From an uncultured Planctomycetia bacterium (lineage in GTDB: Bacteria; Omnitrophota; Gorgyraeia; Duberdicusellales; 4484-171), in contig CAZVRU010000002.1 in the NCBI GenBank assembly GCA_964629785.1, positions 34,861 through 98,860 on the forward strand: 64,000 nucleotides of DNA, in the 5' to 3' direction. The notes below the pieces were generated by a model. The model made no database searches. It was given only the letters and a program-made list of their open reading frames with translations, and was not told the origin of the DNA. Every line of letters begins with the position of its first letter. The stretch's first letter is position 1. Both the position numbers and the translations under genes were made by a program. Shown here one piece after another: positions 20,040 through 31,004 of this stretch.

Positions 20040-21190
20040 AAAAAGTAACGGTATTCGGTTCGACTGGTTCTATCGGAAAGAGCGCCCTGGAGATAATCGA
20101 CACCTGTCGCCGGGATTTCTCGGTACAGGGATTATGCGCCTACGGCAATGACCGCCTGCTTTTTCACCAGGTCAGAAAGTACCGGCCCCGTTATGTCTGC
20201 CTGGTAGATGAAAAAAAGGCTGCTGCCTTTAAAAAAACACTTCCCCCTCGAACAAGATTTTTCTCGGGATTGCAGGGTCTGGATGAGTTCGCCTCGATAG
20301 CCGCGGACATTGCGGTAATGGGTATTTCCGGGCTGGCCTGTCTCAGGCCTTTGATCGAGGCCATGAAGCATTCGCCGCGAATAGCCCTGGCCAATAAAGA
20401 AGCGCTTGTCTGCGCTGCACCGCTGGTAAAGAAACAGGCCCGACGCTATAACACGGAGCTTCTTCCCGTGGACAGCGAGATCAATGCCCTGTTTCAGTTA
20501 TTTCAGGTCGTTCCTCTGAAAGCAGTGAAAAAGATATGCCTTACCGCATCGGGCGGAGCTTTGTTCGATTATAACAACAAAGAGAGGAGGCGGGCCACGG
20601 TCAGGGACGTGCTGGCCCATCCTACCTGGCGAATGGGAAAGCGCATCACTGTAGACAGCGCGACTATGGTCAATAAGGGATTTGAAGTGGTAGAAGCCCA
20701 TGAGTTTTTCGAGCTTGCCTATGATCGTATCGATGTCATCATTCATCGTCAATCAATGGTCCATGCCCTGATCCAGGCAGTTGACGGGATCAGTTTCTGC
20801 TGTGTCTATGCCCCGGACATGAAAGTGCCGATCTCACACGCTCTTTATTACCCGCGGCGGACAGCCGATCCTGCCGGAAAACCGTTATTCAGACAGGCCG
20901 GAACTAATTACGATTTTCTGCCGGTAAATCAGAAAAAATTTCCTTTGCTCAGGGTGGTTTTAAAAGCGGCGCAGCGCCGCGACAATTCGCTGGTCGTGTT
21001 CAATGCCAGCGATGAAACGGCTATCGAAAGTTTTCTCAAAGGGCGCATTACCTTTTCGGCTCTGTCTGATATTATAATGCATATGATGGACCATTATAAA
21101 TCGGCCCCTATGGCCGGCCTGAAAGATATTTTGTACTGGGATTCCTGGGCCCGGCGGACAACAAAGGAGTATATCGAATGGAAATATTGA
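20036..21190 (+). CDS. dxr: 1-deoxy-D-xylulose 5-phosphate reductoisomerase
   Basis: The 'VFGSTGSIGKSALEII' NADPH-binding N-terminus sets the start at an internal ATG that overlaps the cdsA stop. Confidence 0.9.
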   Translation: MKKVTVFGSTGSIGKSALEIIDTCRRDFSVQGLCAYGNDRLLFHQVRKYRPRYVCLVDEKKAAAFKKTLPPRTRFFSGLQGLDEFASIAADIAVMGISGLACLRPLIEAMKHSPRIALANKEALVCAAPLVKKQARRYNTELLPVDSEINALFQLFQVVPLKAVKKICLTASGGALFDYNNKERRRATVRDVLAHPTWRMGKRITVDSATMVNKGFEVVEAHEFFELAYDRIDVIIHRQSMVHALIQAVDGISFCCVYAPDMKVPISHALYYPRRTADPAGKPLFRQAGTNYDFLPVNQKKFPLLRVVLKAAQRRDNSLVVFNASDETAIESFLKGRITFSALSDIIMHMMDHYKSAPMAGLKDILYWDSWARRTTKEYIEWKY

Positions 21191-22449
21191 TATCCATAAT
21201 CAGTTTTCTTTTTTTATTGTCAGTGATCGTTCTTTCCCATGAATACGGTCATTTCCTGGCAGCCCGGCGGCAGGGCATCAGAGTGGAAAAATTCGCTTTC
21301 GGATTCGGGCCGCCTTTGCTGCGTTATCGCCTCAAGGAAACCGAACTTTTGATCTGTGCCCTGCCCCTGGGCGGGTACGTGAAGATGGCCGGAGATAACC
21401 GGGCCGAGATCTCGCGGCAGCCTGATGAGTTCTATTCCAAATCAATAGGCGCCAGGGCAGCGGTGGTGGTATCCGGGCCGCTGGCCAATTTTGTCCTGGC
21501 TGTTCTCATTTTCTGGCTGTTGTTTATTGCCGGCTATCCGGTTGCTCAGCCTTCGGTAGGCAGGGTCGCTGCCTATCAGCCGGTTGCCAGAAGCGAGTTG
21601 TCACCGGAAACAATCCAGTGTCTGGAAGAAAATCAGGCAGCAGCCAGCGATGAGCAGATGGTCTATCTGACGGTTTCCGGAGAAGATGAATTGAGGGAAA
21701 AGCTTTCTTCCTGTTCTCCAAATGAAGTTCAGGCGGTCATTGAATTATGCCGCAGCATACCTTATCCTGCCTATAGTGCCGGAGTCAGGGAAGGGGACCG
21801 GATCAGCGAAGTCAATGGGAAGGCAGTGCAGACCTGGGAATCGGCAGCGGCCTTGATACGGGAAAGCAGCGGCCAGACAGTTTTGACTATTTACCGGGAT
21901 AATGAGCGGCGGGTCATTGACGTCATTCCGGCCCAACGCCGTATAAAAGAGTTTGCCTGGCAGGTGAGACCGCCGTTTTTTACGATAGAGGAAAGACAGA
22001 TATCGTATATCGGTATAGAACCGAAGTATGAAGAAGTCAGGTTCAACCCTTTTACTGCCTTTGGGAAAAGCTTGAAAAAGGTCGGGGCCATAGTCGCGCT
22101 TTTGTTCAAGGGGATTTTGTTCACCATTGCCGGAGTAGTACCGTTCAAAGAAGCTTTTTCCGGCCCGGTAGGTATATTCAAGATCGGCGGAGAAGTTGCC
22201 AAGCTGGGGCTGATCCCCTTTTTCGATTTTATCGGCGTGCTCAGCGTAAGCCTGGGAGTGATCAATTTGTTTCCTTTGCCGGTACTTGACGGAGGACATC
22301 TGACGTTCATGGGGCTGGAAAAGGTGCGCGGCCGGCCGCTCAGCGAAAAATGGGAAAATATCATAACTAATGTCGGGTTGGGCCTTTTGATCGCGTTGAT
22401 GGTCCTGGTCCTTTACAACGATATAGTCCGGTTTATTTTAAAAAAATGA
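21178..22449 (+). CDS. rseP: RIP metalloprotease RseP (site-2 protease)
   Basis: It has the HExxH motif 'HEYGHFLAA', a PDZ region and a C-terminal 'LNLFPLPVLDGG'. Confidence 0.88.
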   Translation: MEILISIISFLFLLSVIVLSHEYGHFLAARRQGIRVEKFAFGFGPPLLRYRLKETELLICALPLGGYVKMAGDNRAEISRQPDEFYSKSIGARAAVVVSGPLANFVLAVLIFWLLFIAGYPVAQPSVGRVAAYQPVARSELSPETIQCLEENQAAASDEQMVYLTVSGEDELREKLSSCSPNEVQAVIELCRSIPYPAYSAGVREGDRISEVNGKAVQTWESAAALIRESSGQTVLTIYRDNERRVIDVIPAQRRIKEFAWQVRPPFFTIEERQISYIGIEPKYEEVRFNPFTAFGKSLKKVGAIVALLFKGILFTIAGVVPFKEAFSGPVGIFKIGGEVAKLGLIPFFDFIGVLSVSLGVINLFPLPVLDGGHLTFMGLEKVRGRPLSEKWENIITNVGLGLLIALMVLVLYNDIVRFILKK

Positions 22450-23495
22450 AGACACGCCAGGTTAAAATAGGGACATTGGCAGTGGGCGGGAAAAATCCTG
22501 TCCGCATCAAAGGGATGCTTAAGACCTCCTGCTCCAGGATCTCTCTGCTGGTCAAAGAAGCGATCGCTCTGGAAAAGGCCGGAGCAGAAGCCCTGCGTCT
22601 GGCTTTTAAAGACGCGAGCGATGTACGGGCCCTGGCTGCTTTGAAAAAGAACCTGTCACTTCCCCTGGCAGCCGATATTCATTTCAATCCCCGTATGGCT
22701 TTGCTGGCCATAGAAGCAGGTTGCGACCAGATACGCCTTAATCCTCTGAATATCAAAAAAAAGGCTGAGATAAAGGCAATTCTTCGCCAGGCCCGCCAGG
22801 CCGGTGTTTCCATAAGAATCGGAGTAAATTCCGGCGGATTTTCCTGCCCCGGGAAGAACGAAACGTCTCTGGCCCGGGCCATGGTCAGAAAAGTAATTAA
22901 TTATATAAAGCTTTTTGAAGATGAGCATTTTTTTGATATAATGGTTTCCTTAAAGGCATCGAGTGTAACAACTACTGTGCTGGCCAACAGGCTTTTTGCC
23001 AGTCAGAGCAATTATCCAGTGCATCTCGGGGTGACCGCAAGCGGTCCTTTTTTAGAAGGAGTGATAAAATCGTCTCTGGGCCTCAGTATTTTGTTGTCTG
23101 AAGGCATCGGAGATATAATCCGCGTTTCACTTACCGCTCCGGGAAAAGAAGAAATTTACGTAGCCCAGGCTATTTTGCAGTTTTTAGGGATCAGGGATTT
23201 TTTTACCGAAATCATATCCTGTCCCACCTGCGGCCGCTGTCAGGTCCGTCTTATGGATATCGTAAAACAATTCAAAAAGGCAGTCGAAAAAGAGCCGCCG
23301 GGCAGCCTGCCCAAAACCATTGCTTTGATGGGATGCGTGGTCAACGGTCCGGGGGAAGCCAGCCAGGCCGATATCGGCGTAGCCTTTGGCAAAGACAAAG
23401 GAGCTATTTTTCGTAAAGGCAGGGTTATCGGCCAGACCAGACAGGAAACGGCAGTAACCGATCTGCTGAGGAAAGCGAAAGATGTTATTCAGTAA
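22446..23495 (+). CDS. ispG: 4-hydroxy-3-methylbut-2-en-1-yl diphosphate synthase
   Basis: GcpE similarity runs throughout, and the C-terminus has the 4Fe-4S cysteines 'CPTCGRC' and 'GCVVNGPGE'. Confidence 0.9.
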   Translation: MKTRQVKIGTLAVGGKNPVRIKGMLKTSCSRISLLVKEAIALEKAGAEALRLAFKDASDVRALAALKKNLSLPLAADIHFNPRMALLAIEAGCDQIRLNPLNIKKKAEIKAILRQARQAGVSIRIGVNSGGFSCPGKNETSLARAMVRKVINYIKLFEDEHFFDIMVSLKASSVTTTVLANRLFASQSNYPVHLGVTASGPFLEGVIKSSLGLSILLSEGIGDIIRVSLTAPGKEEIYVAQAILQFLGIRDFFTEIISCPTCGRCQVRLMDIVKQFKKAVEKEPPGSLPKTIALMGCVVNGPGEASQADIGVAFGKDKGAIFRKGRVIGQTRQETAVTDLLRKAKDVIQ

Positions 23496-24708
23496 AAATT
23501 TCATACCAACCTTGCGGGAAGATCCGGCGTCGGCAGAATGCGTCAGTCATCGAATGCTGTTGCGCGGCGCATATCTTTATATGCTTTCCAGCGGTATGTA
23601 TGCCTATTTGCCGCTGGGTCTGCGCGTGCTGGAAAATATCTGCGGGATCATCCGCAGGCAAATGAACGAAAAGAACGCAGTAGAGCTGCTGATGACGGCA
23701 CTTCAGCCTCTGGAATTGTGGCAGAAGACCGGCCGGGACAAGGTGCTGGCAGAGGTGATGTTCTCTTTTCAGGACCGGCGGGGCCGTTCTCTCTGTCTGG
23801 GGCCTACTCATGAGGAGGAAATGACCGAGATAGCCAGGCGCTATATAGCATCCTACAAACAACTGCCGGTAACTCTTTATCAGATCCAGACCAAATATCG
23901 CGACGAAGCCCGTCCCCGTTTCGGTCTGGTCCGCAGTTGCGAGTTTATAATGAAAGACGCCTACAGTTTCGATAAAGACGTAACAGGACTTGATGAGAAT
24001 TACGAAAAGATGCGGGATGCCTATATGAATATCTTCAGCGAATGCGGCCTGGATTTCGTCAGTATTGAGGCTGATTCCGGGGCCATGGGCGGCAATTTTT
24101 CCCATGAGTTCATGGTGCCGGCCGAGATCGGTGAGGACCTTCTTTTTTATTGCGCTTCCTGCAATCGGTATCATAAAGAAAAACAGACCTGTGCTGGCTG
24201 CGGCGGCCGGGGCGAAGAGAAGCGGATGATCGAAGTAGGCCATATTTTCAAATTAGGCACCAAATATTCTTCGGCTCAGGAAGCGTTTTTCCTTGACCGC
24301 AACGGTGCCCGGAAACCGCTGATCATGGGATGTTACGGTATAGGTGTCAGCCGGATAATGAGCGCGGTCGTGGAACAGAACCATGACGAAAAAGGAATAA
24401 TCTGGCCGGCGGCTCTGGCTCCTTATGACGTAATGGTGACGATTCTGGATGTGGAGAACGAAGATCTGTACAGGGAAGGACTGGTGCTTCATGATTTTCT
24501 TCAGCAGCAGGGATTCGAGACTCTGGTCGATGACCGGCATGAGCCGGCCGGAGTAAAGTTCAAGGACGCATATTTGATCGGTATTCCCTATATAGTTATT
24601 CTGGGTAAGAATTATCTCAAGACCAGGAAGATAGAGGTGGAGAACAGAAAAAGCGGTGAAAAGCAGGTAGTGAGCCGGGAAGAACTGGGATCGTTGTTAA
24701 GATCATGA
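23482..24708 (+). CDS. proS: Prolyl-tRNA synthetase, minimal form without the INS editing domain
   Basis: It has class II motifs 1-3 and an anticodon-binding domain. At 408 aa it is short, and a Cys4 zinc ribbon 'CASCNRYHKEKQTCAGCGG' sits where the INS domain normally lies. Confidence 0.85.
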   Translation: MLFSKNFIPTLREDPASAECVSHRMLLRGAYLYMLSSGMYAYLPLGLRVLENICGIIRRQMNEKNAVELLMTALQPLELWQKTGRDKVLAEVMFSFQDRRGRSLCLGPTHEEEMTEIARRYIASYKQLPVTLYQIQTKYRDEARPRFGLVRSCEFIMKDAYSFDKDVTGLDENYEKMRDAYMNIFSECGLDFVSIEADSGAMGGNFSHEFMVPAEIGEDLLFYCASCNRYHKEKQTCAGCGGRGEEKRMIEVGHIFKLGTKYSSAQEAFFLDRNGARKPLIMGCYGIGVSRIMSAVVEQNHDEKGIIWPAALAPYDVMVTILDVENEDLYREGLVLHDFLQQQGFETLVDDRHEPAGVKFKDAYLIGIPYIVILGKNYLKTRKIEVENRKSGEKQVVSREELGSLLRS

Positions 24709-25154
24709 TCAGGAAAGAGCAGGAACAGTGTCTGAGATCCGATGTGGAAAAGATCCTGCGGCAGGAAGAGATTTATCTATTCGAGCTCCGGGTTGTTCCC
24801 CGCGGCGCGGCTTTTCTGGTCCGGATCCGGGCCGATCATCTGTCCGGCGGGATAACTATCGATGAATGTGCCCGCTGCAACCGGATCATCCGTTTTTATC
24901 TGGAAGAAAAAGGATTTTTGGGACAGGATTTCGAGCTGGAAGTAAGTTCTCCCGGCCTGGATACGAAATTGAAGACGCCCTTTGATTTTCAGAGGGTCAG
25001 AGGCAAGACAGTCTCTCTCTGGCTTTCTGAACCGTGGCAGGGCAAAGATTATATAGAAGGCGTGGTTGAAAAAAACGATGAAAATTCGGTTACTCTGCAG
25101 GGGAAAGGGGATTTTTCCCTGGGGATGATCAAATGCGCGAAACAGAGGATGTGA
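24705..25154 (+). CDS. rimP: Ribosome maturation factor RimP
   Basis: It is directly upstream of nusA and has RimP-like sequence ('LFELRVVPRGAAFLVRI'). Confidence 0.8.
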   Translation: MIRKEQEQCLRSDVEKILRQEEIYLFELRVVPRGAAFLVRIRADHLSGGITIDECARCNRIIRFYLEEKGFLGQDFELEVSSPGLDTKLKTPFDFQRVRGKTVSLWLSEPWQGKDYIEGVVEKNDENSVTLQGKGDFSLGMIKCAKQRM

Positions 25155-25155
25155 T

Positions 25156-26301
25156 ATGAATAAAGAGTTTATCAGTATGATCGAACAATTGGAACGGGAA
25201 AAAGGTCTTAATCGCGATGTGCTGATCGAAGCAGTTAAGCAGGCGTTGATCATTGCGGCTAAAAAGATCGCCAAGATGAATAATCCGGACATAGAAGATG
25301 CGGAGGTCGACGTGGAGATCGATATGCAGAAGGGAGACATCCGCGTGTTCACTGAAGGCAAGCCGGTAGTATCGAGAGAATTCGGACGGATAGCCGCCCA
25401 GACGGCGCGTCAGGTGATCATTCAGAAGATACGCGAGGCAGAGAAAGACAATGTCTATAACGAATACAAGGACAAGGTCGGTCAGATCGTGGGCGGGATA
25501 GTCTATCGTCTGGAAAAGAGAGGGGTCATCCTTGATCTTATGGGTAAAGCCGAGGGGATAGTCCCCAACAGTCTGCTTACTAACCAGGATAATTTCCGTA
25601 TGGGGGAAAGAGTGAAAGCCTATGTCCTGGAGGTGAAACGGGAACGGGGCGCCCAGATAATCCTTTCCCGTAAGCATGAAGGTCTGGTAAAGAAATTGTT
25701 CGAGCTGGAAGTGCCGGAGATCTATGACGGTATCGTGGAAGTGAAAAACATTGCCCGTGAACCAGGCGAAAGAACCAAGATCGCCGTGTTTTCCAAAGAC
25801 GATAAAGTGGATTGCGTGGGAGCCTGTGTAGGTATCCGCGGTTCGCGGGTCAAAAATATAATCGAGGAGCTGCGCGGGGAAAAGATCGATATTATCCGCT
25901 GGCATGAAGATATAAAAGAATTTATCAAAGCCAGTCTGGCTCCGGCAGTCGTTTCCAAAATAGAGATCGATCGTGATCTGAAGCGGGCCAAAGTCCTGGT
26001 GGCTCAGGACCAGCTTTCTCTGGCCATCGGTAGAAAAGGACAGAACGTGCGTCTGGCCTCTAAGCTGGTAGGCTGGGAGATCGATGTCCGGACCAAAGAA
26101 GCGATCGAACAAAGCCTGAAAGAAATAAGTACGTTGCACAGTGTCGGCGCCCGGACCGCGACCCTTCTGGTCAATGCCGGGCATTCGTCAATAAAGGAAT
26201 TAAGCACAGCCACTGAAGATGATCTGGCCAGGATCAAAGGGATCGGTTCGAAAAAAGCCGGTAAGATCATCGAAGAGGCCAAGAGTAAGGTAGAAGCATA
26301 A
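25156..26301 (+). CDS. nusA: Transcription termination/antitermination factor NusA
   Basis: It has the NusA N-terminal domain, an S1 domain and two KH domains, plus a C-terminal HhH motif ('GIGSKKAGKII'). Confidence 0.93.
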   Translation: MNKEFISMIEQLEREKGLNRDVLIEAVKQALIIAAKKIAKMNNPDIEDAEVDVEIDMQKGDIRVFTEGKPVVSREFGRIAAQTARQVIIQKIREAEKDNVYNEYKDKVGQIVGGIVYRLEKRGVILDLMGKAEGIVPNSLLTNQDNFRMGERVKAYVLEVKRERGAQIILSRKHEGLVKKLFELEVPEIYDGIVEVKNIAREPGERTKIAVFSKDDKVDCVGACVGIRGSRVKNIIEELRGEKIDIIRWHEDIKEFIKASLAPAVVSKIEIDRDLKRAKVLVAQDQLSLAIGRKGQNVRLASKLVGWEIDVRTKEAIEQSLKEISTLHSVGARTATLLVNAGHSSIKELSTATEDDLARIKGIGSKKAGKIIEEAKSKVEA

Positions 26302-28211
26302 TGAGAATTTACGAATTAGCTAAAGAGCTTAATATGGATTCCAAAGCTTTGCTGAAAAGGCTGAAGGAATTGAATTTTCCGGTCAAGAGCCATATGTCGG
26401 TAGTTGACGAGGATACTGCCGAGATAATCAAACATGAGGTGGAAAATCTGGCTGAAAAAGAGATCGCAGAAAACGTGATCGAGGTCGATTTTCCGATCTC
26501 GCTTAAAGATCTGGCAGTGAAACTGGGGCAGAAACCTTCGGAAATAATGAAACAGCTGATGCATCAGGGCAAGTTCGTTACCATCAACCATTCTTTCGAT
26601 GAAAAGACCGCCCAGGAAATAGCCTACGGTTACAAGGTTAATCTTAAATCCCGTCCTTCAGCCGAAGAACAGGTTCTGCAGCAGGAAGGCGAGGAAGACG
26701 TCAGGAATCGCGCCCCGGTAGTTACGCTGATGGGACACATCGATCACGGAAAGACATCTATTCTGGATTATATACGTAAAAGTCGCATTACCACCAAAGA
26801 AGTCGGCGGGATAACCCAGCATATCGGAGCTTATCGCGTGGCCTGCGGAAAAAAAGGGGCGATCAGTTTTCTCGATACCCCCGGCCATGAAACGTTTACT
26901 GCCATGCGGGCCCGGGGAGCCGATGTGACCGATATTGTGGTGCTGGTGGTTGCTGCTGATGAAGGGGTAAAACCGCAGACTGAAGAAGCTTACAGCCATG
27001 CCAAAGCAGCTGAAGTGCCGATCATCGTAGCGATCAATAAGATCGACCGGCCCAATGCCGATATCGATATGGTCAAACAACAGTTATCCAAGCTGGGATT
27101 GGTACCCGAGGATTGGGGCGGTAAGACTATTACTGTGCCGGTATCGGCCAAAACCGGCGAAGGTATTGACGATTTGCTGGAAATGATACTTCTTCAGGCC
27201 GAGATAATGGACCTGAAAGCCGATTATTCGCGCCCGGCTCTGGGCATAGTGGTAGAAGCCCGGCTTTGCAAAGGGCGGGGGCCTCTGGCATCTGTGCTTA
27301 TTCAGTCAGGGACAATAAAGCCGGGGCAGATCTGCGTCTGCGGACTGCACTGGGGCCGGATCAAGGCCATGCATGACGACCACGGAGATCCGATTCAGGA
27401 GGCCGGTCCGGCTATGCCGGCAGAACTTCTGGGTCTGAACGGTGTTCCTTCTCCCGGTGATCAGTGTTTTGTGGTGCCGGACGAATCGCATGCCAAGGAA
27501 ATAGTCTCTGTCCGCCGGGAAAAAGAGGAAAAAGCCAGGCTGGCGCCGGTCTCCCATATGAAACTGGAAGATCTGTATAATAAGGTCCAGTCCCAGCAGG
27601 CCAAACAGCTTAAGATAATCCTTAAAGCCGACGTAGGAGGTACTCTGGAAGCTGTCGAGCAGGCTCTGGCCAAGATGGCTACCCAGGAAGTGGAACTTGA
27701 TATAGTACATAAAGGAGTAGGCGGCATAACTTCTTCCGACGTATTGCTGGCAGAGGTCAGCGACGCCATTATCGTGGGGTTTAAGGTCAGTGCCGATGCC
27801 GTGGTCAAGGATCTGGCAAAATCAAAAGACATCGAGATCCGGAGCTATCAGATAGTCTACGAGCTGCTTGACGACCTGAAACTGGCTCTGGAAGGGATGC
27901 TTTCTCCCGAATATAAAAAGATCTTTCTGGGAAGAGCAGTGGTCAGGAAGGTATTCAAACTTTCCCGGGGAGTTATCGCCGGCTGTGTGGTGGATAAAGG
28001 AAAGATAGTCAGGGATGCCAAGTTTCAGCTTCTGCGCGGCAACGAAGTCAAGTTTGAAAACAAATTAGCTTCGCTTAAGCGTTTCAAAGACGACGTGCGG
28101 GAAGTCGTGGAAGGGCAGGAGTGCGGTATCAGCCTTAATTACACCGATATCCAGGAAGGTGACACGATCGACGTTTTCTTAGAGGAAACAATAACACGAA
28201 AACTTAAATGA
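26301..28211 (+). CDS. infB: Translation initiation factor IF-2
   Basis: The G-domain motif is '[16 protein letters not shown]'. The nusA-infB junction has the form ATAATG. Confidence 0.95.
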   Translation: MRIYELAKELNMDSKALLKRLKELNFPVKSHMSVVDEDTAEIIKHEVENLAEKEIAENVIEVDFPISLKDLAVKLGQKPSEIMKQLMHQGKFVTINHSFDEKTAQEIAYGYKVNLKSRPSAEEQVLQQEGEEDVRNRAPVVTLMGHIDHGKTSILDYIRKSRITTKEVGGITQHIGAYRVACGKKGAISFLDTPGHETFTAMRARGADVTDIVVLVVAADEGVKPQTEEAYSHAKAAEVPIIVAINKIDRPNADIDMVKQQLSKLGLVPEDWGGKTITVPVSAKTGEGIDDLLEMILLQAEIMDLKADYSRPALGIVVEARLCKGRGPLASVLIQSGTIKPGQICVCGLHWGRIKAMHDDHGDPIQEAGPAMPAELLGLNGVPSPGDQCFVVPDESHAKEIVSVRREKEEKARLAPVSHMKLEDLYNKVQSQQAKQLKIILKADVGGTLEAVEQALAKMATQEVELDIVHKGVGGITSSDVLLAEVSDAIIVGFKVSADAVVKDLAKSKDIEIRSYQIVYELLDDLKLALEGMLSPEYKKIFLGRAVVRKVFKLSRGVIAGCVVDKGKIVRDAKFQLLRGNEVKFENKLASLKRFKDDVREVVEGQECGISLNYTDIQEGDTIDVFLEETITRKLK

Positions 28212-28243
28212 TCTTGCGGCTGGCGCGGCCGTAACAAAAAATT

Positions 28244-29242
28244 ATGGACCGTAAACGTATCTTAAGCGGGATGCGCCCTACCGGTAAACTTCACCTCGGG
28301 CACTGGCTGGGAGCTTTATCCAACTGGGTGGAATTGCAGGAGCAGTACCAGTGCTTTTTCATGGTTGCCGACTGGCACGCCTACATGAGTGAATATAAAA
28401 ATCTCAAAGGTATTTCGCCGGCCATTGTCGACAATGTAGCTGACTGGCTGGCCTGGGGTATCGATCCCCGAAAATCAGTCATTTTCATCCAATCGCAGGT
28501 GCCTCAGCACCTGGAACTGTTCATGATTTTTTCTCTGCTTACTCCCCTGGGCTGGCTGACCCGCTGTCCCACTTTCAAGGATCAGGTAAAACAGCTCAAG
28601 GAAAAAGAGATCAATACCTATGCTTTTCTGGGCTATCCGGTGCTCCAGGCCGCCGATATTCTTCTTTACGGGGCCGACTGTGTGCCGGTCGGTGAAGATC
28701 AGTTGCCTCATCTGGAGCTGACCCGCGAGATCGTGCGCCGTTTTCATTTTCTCTACGGTCCGGATGTTTTGACCGAGCCGCAGTCACTTTTGACCAGAGT
28801 GCCCAGGCTGTCGGGCCTGGACGGCAGGAAGATGAGCAAAAGTTACAATAATGCCATTGCTCTTGACGATGATGATGATTCGATCCGGCGGAAAATGATG
28901 AATATGTTCACTGATCCGCAGCGTTTGCGTAAAAACGACCCCGGCCATCCAAACGTCTGTAACGTCTATAGTTATTACAAAGTGTTTTTACCGGAAAAAA
29001 GCGAAGAAGCCTTTCACTGGTGCAGCAAAGCCGAGAAAGGGTGCAAAGAATGTAAATCAATGCTTGCCGATTCGATCATTGAATTGATCGGCCCGCGCCG
29101 CGCCGCCAAGAAAGGATTTTTAAAAGACAGTGATCATGTTTATAATATATTAGAGGAAGGAAGAAAAAAGGCTGCGGACTGCGCTGCGGCCACTCTGGCC
29201 CGGGTAAAAACGACAATGGGCCTGCCGGAAGCAGCGGCATAA
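28244..29242 (+). CDS. trpS: Tryptophanyl-tRNA synthetase
   Basis: It has a HIGH-like 'GKLHLGH' and a 'KMSKS' motif. Confidence 0.92.
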   Translation: MDRKRILSGMRPTGKLHLGHWLGALSNWVELQEQYQCFFMVADWHAYMSEYKNLKGISPAIVDNVADWLAWGIDPRKSVIFIQSQVPQHLELFMIFSLLTPLGWLTRCPTFKDQVKQLKEKEINTYAFLGYPVLQAADILLYGADCVPVGEDQLPHLELTREIVRRFHFLYGPDVLTEPQSLLTRVPRLSGLDGRKMSKSYNNAIALDDDDDSIRRKMMNMFTDPQRLRKNDPGHPNVCNVYSYYKVFLPEKSEEAFHWCSKAEKGCKECKSMLADSIIELIGPRRAAKKGFLKDSDHVYNILEEGRKKAADCAAATLARVKTTMGLPEAAA

Positions 29243-29260
29243 GAACGGGAAGAAACGGTA

Positions 29261-29965
29261 ATGCGGGTACGCCTGAATATTTTCGAAGGACCTCTTGACC
29301 TTTTGCTGTATCTGATAAAGAAAAATCATCTTGATGTTTATGACATCCCGATCAGTCTGGTAGTCGAACAATATCTGGAATTCCTGGAGGTGATGGAGGT
29401 CCTGGACATAGATATCGCCTCGGAATATCTGGTTATCGCCGCCAATCTGGTTTCGATAAAATCTAAAATGCTGCTTCCTCCGGAAAAGAGCGAGGAGGAA
29501 CTGCAGGAAGATCCCCGCGAAGACCTGGTCAATAAGCTTCTGGAATATCAGAAGTTCAAAGAAGCAGCCGGTTTTCTCCGCGAGCGCGAACAGGACCGGA
29601 CTAAATATGTGTCCCGCCCTACAAGCGAAGGGCCGCAGGAAGTCTTTATCGAAGCTTCTATTTTCGATCTTATCACTGCTTTTAAATCGGCCCTTAAAGA
29701 GGTTCCCAAAGATATCTTTTTCGAGATCATCAAGGATGAGTTCACTATCGAGGAAAAGATCCATGATATTCTGCATGTGCTGGTCCGCCAGGAACGGATC
29801 GGCCTGAAAGATATATTCAGCAGAGCGAAAAACAAGCTGGAAATAATAGTTTCTTTTCTGGCGATACTGGAGTTGATCCGTCTGAGAGAGATCGTTGCGG
29901 TGCAGCACAGTTTGTTCGCCGAAGTGGAGATTATCCGCAGAAACAGCGTGTCGTCGGCAGTATAG
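29261..29965 (+). CDS. scpA: Segregation and condensation protein A
   Basis: The N-terminus 'FEGPLDLLLYLIKKNHLDVYDIPISLVVEQYLEF' is typical of ScpA. Confidence 0.88.
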   Translation: MRVRLNIFEGPLDLLLYLIKKNHLDVYDIPISLVVEQYLEFLEVMEVLDIDIASEYLVIAANLVSIKSKMLLPPEKSEEELQEDPREDLVNKLLEYQKFKEAAGFLREREQDRTKYVSRPTSEGPQEVFIEASIFDLITAFKSALKEVPKDIFFEIIKDEFTIEEKIHDILHVLVRQERIGLKDIFSRAKNKLEIIVSFLAILELIRLREIVAVQHSLFAEVEIIRRNSVSSAV

Positions 29966-29978
29966 GTACAGTCCGCTC

Positions 29979-31004
29979 ATGGAAGAAAAACGAATCATCG
30001 ATTTTTCCCGGGAAAATGAGGAAGAGAAGGTTTTATATCTCTCTCTGCGTCCTCATACTTTTGCCGAGTTTATCGGCCAGCCCCATGTAGTACAGCCCCT
30101 GGCAGTGGCAGTAACTGCTGCCCAGAAACGCCAGGAGCCGCTGGAACATGTTCTTCTTTCCGGCCCTCCCGGCCTGGGTAAGACTTCTCTGGCTTATTGT
30201 ATCGCTCAGGAAATGGGAACGAAAATGGTTTCTACCAGCGGCCCGGCTATCGAAAGGCCCGGTGATCTGGTGGGTATCCTTACTAACCTGGAAAAGGGTG
30301 ACATCCTGTTCATCGATGAAATACACCGTCTTTCCCGTGTGGTCGAGGAATTCCTTTATCCGGCCATGGAGAATTACCAGATCGATTTTGTCATCGATAA
30401 AGGCCCCTATGCCAAAAGTATAAAATTCCAGCTTAAACCGTTCACTCTGATCGGTGCGACGACCCGTAAGGGATTGCTGAGCGCGCCGCTGCGGGGAAGA
30501 TTCGGATTATTCTATGATTTTGATTTTTATGAGGCCCGGGAGCTTGTGGCCGTGGTCAAGCGCAGCGCTGCTTTGCTGGAAATACCCATTGATGAAGAAA
30601 GCTGTTATCAGATATCCCTGCGGTCCCGTGGCACTCCCCGCCTTTGCAACCGTCTGCTGAGACGGGTGCGTGATTATGCCCAGGTCGAAGGTAACGGGAC
30701 CATTACCCCTGAGATCACTCAGCGAGCCTGCGATAATGTCCGGATAGACGCCCAGGGCATGGATGAGCTGGACCGCAGATACCTGCGGACGATAATCGAG
30801 ATCCATGGCGGAGGTCCGGCAGGCATCGAAGCGATCGCCGCTTCTCTGGGAGAGGAACGGGATACGCTGGAAGATGTGGTCGAGCCCTATCTCCTGAAAA
30901 GAGGTTTTATCCGTAGAACTCCCCGCGGCCGGGAGGTTACCGAGTCTTCCTATAAGCACCTGGCGATCTGCCCTCCCGGAGAAACTCAGGAAAAAATATT
31001 CTGA
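29979..31004 (+). CDS. ruvB: Holliday junction branch migration ATPase RuvB
   Basis: It has Walker A 'GPPGLGKTSLA', Walker B 'ILFIDEIHRL' and a winged-helix C-terminus. The start was chosen at the internal ATG 'MEEKRI'. Confidence 0.92.
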   Translation: MEEKRIIDFSRENEEEKVLYLSLRPHTFAEFIGQPHVVQPLAVAVTAAQKRQEPLEHVLLSGPPGLGKTSLAYCIAQEMGTKMVSTSGPAIERPGDLVGILTNLEKGDILFIDEIHRLSRVVEEFLYPAMENYQIDFVIDKGPYAKSIKFQLKPFTLIGATTRKGLLSAPLRGRFGLFYDFDFYEARELVAVVKRSAALLEIPIDEESCYQISLRSRGTPRLCNRLLRRVRDYAQVEGNGTITPEITQRACDNVRIDAQGMDELDRRYLRTIIEIHGGGPAGIEAIAASLGEERDTLEDVVEPYLLKRGFIRRTPRGREVTESSYKHLAICPPGETQEKIF

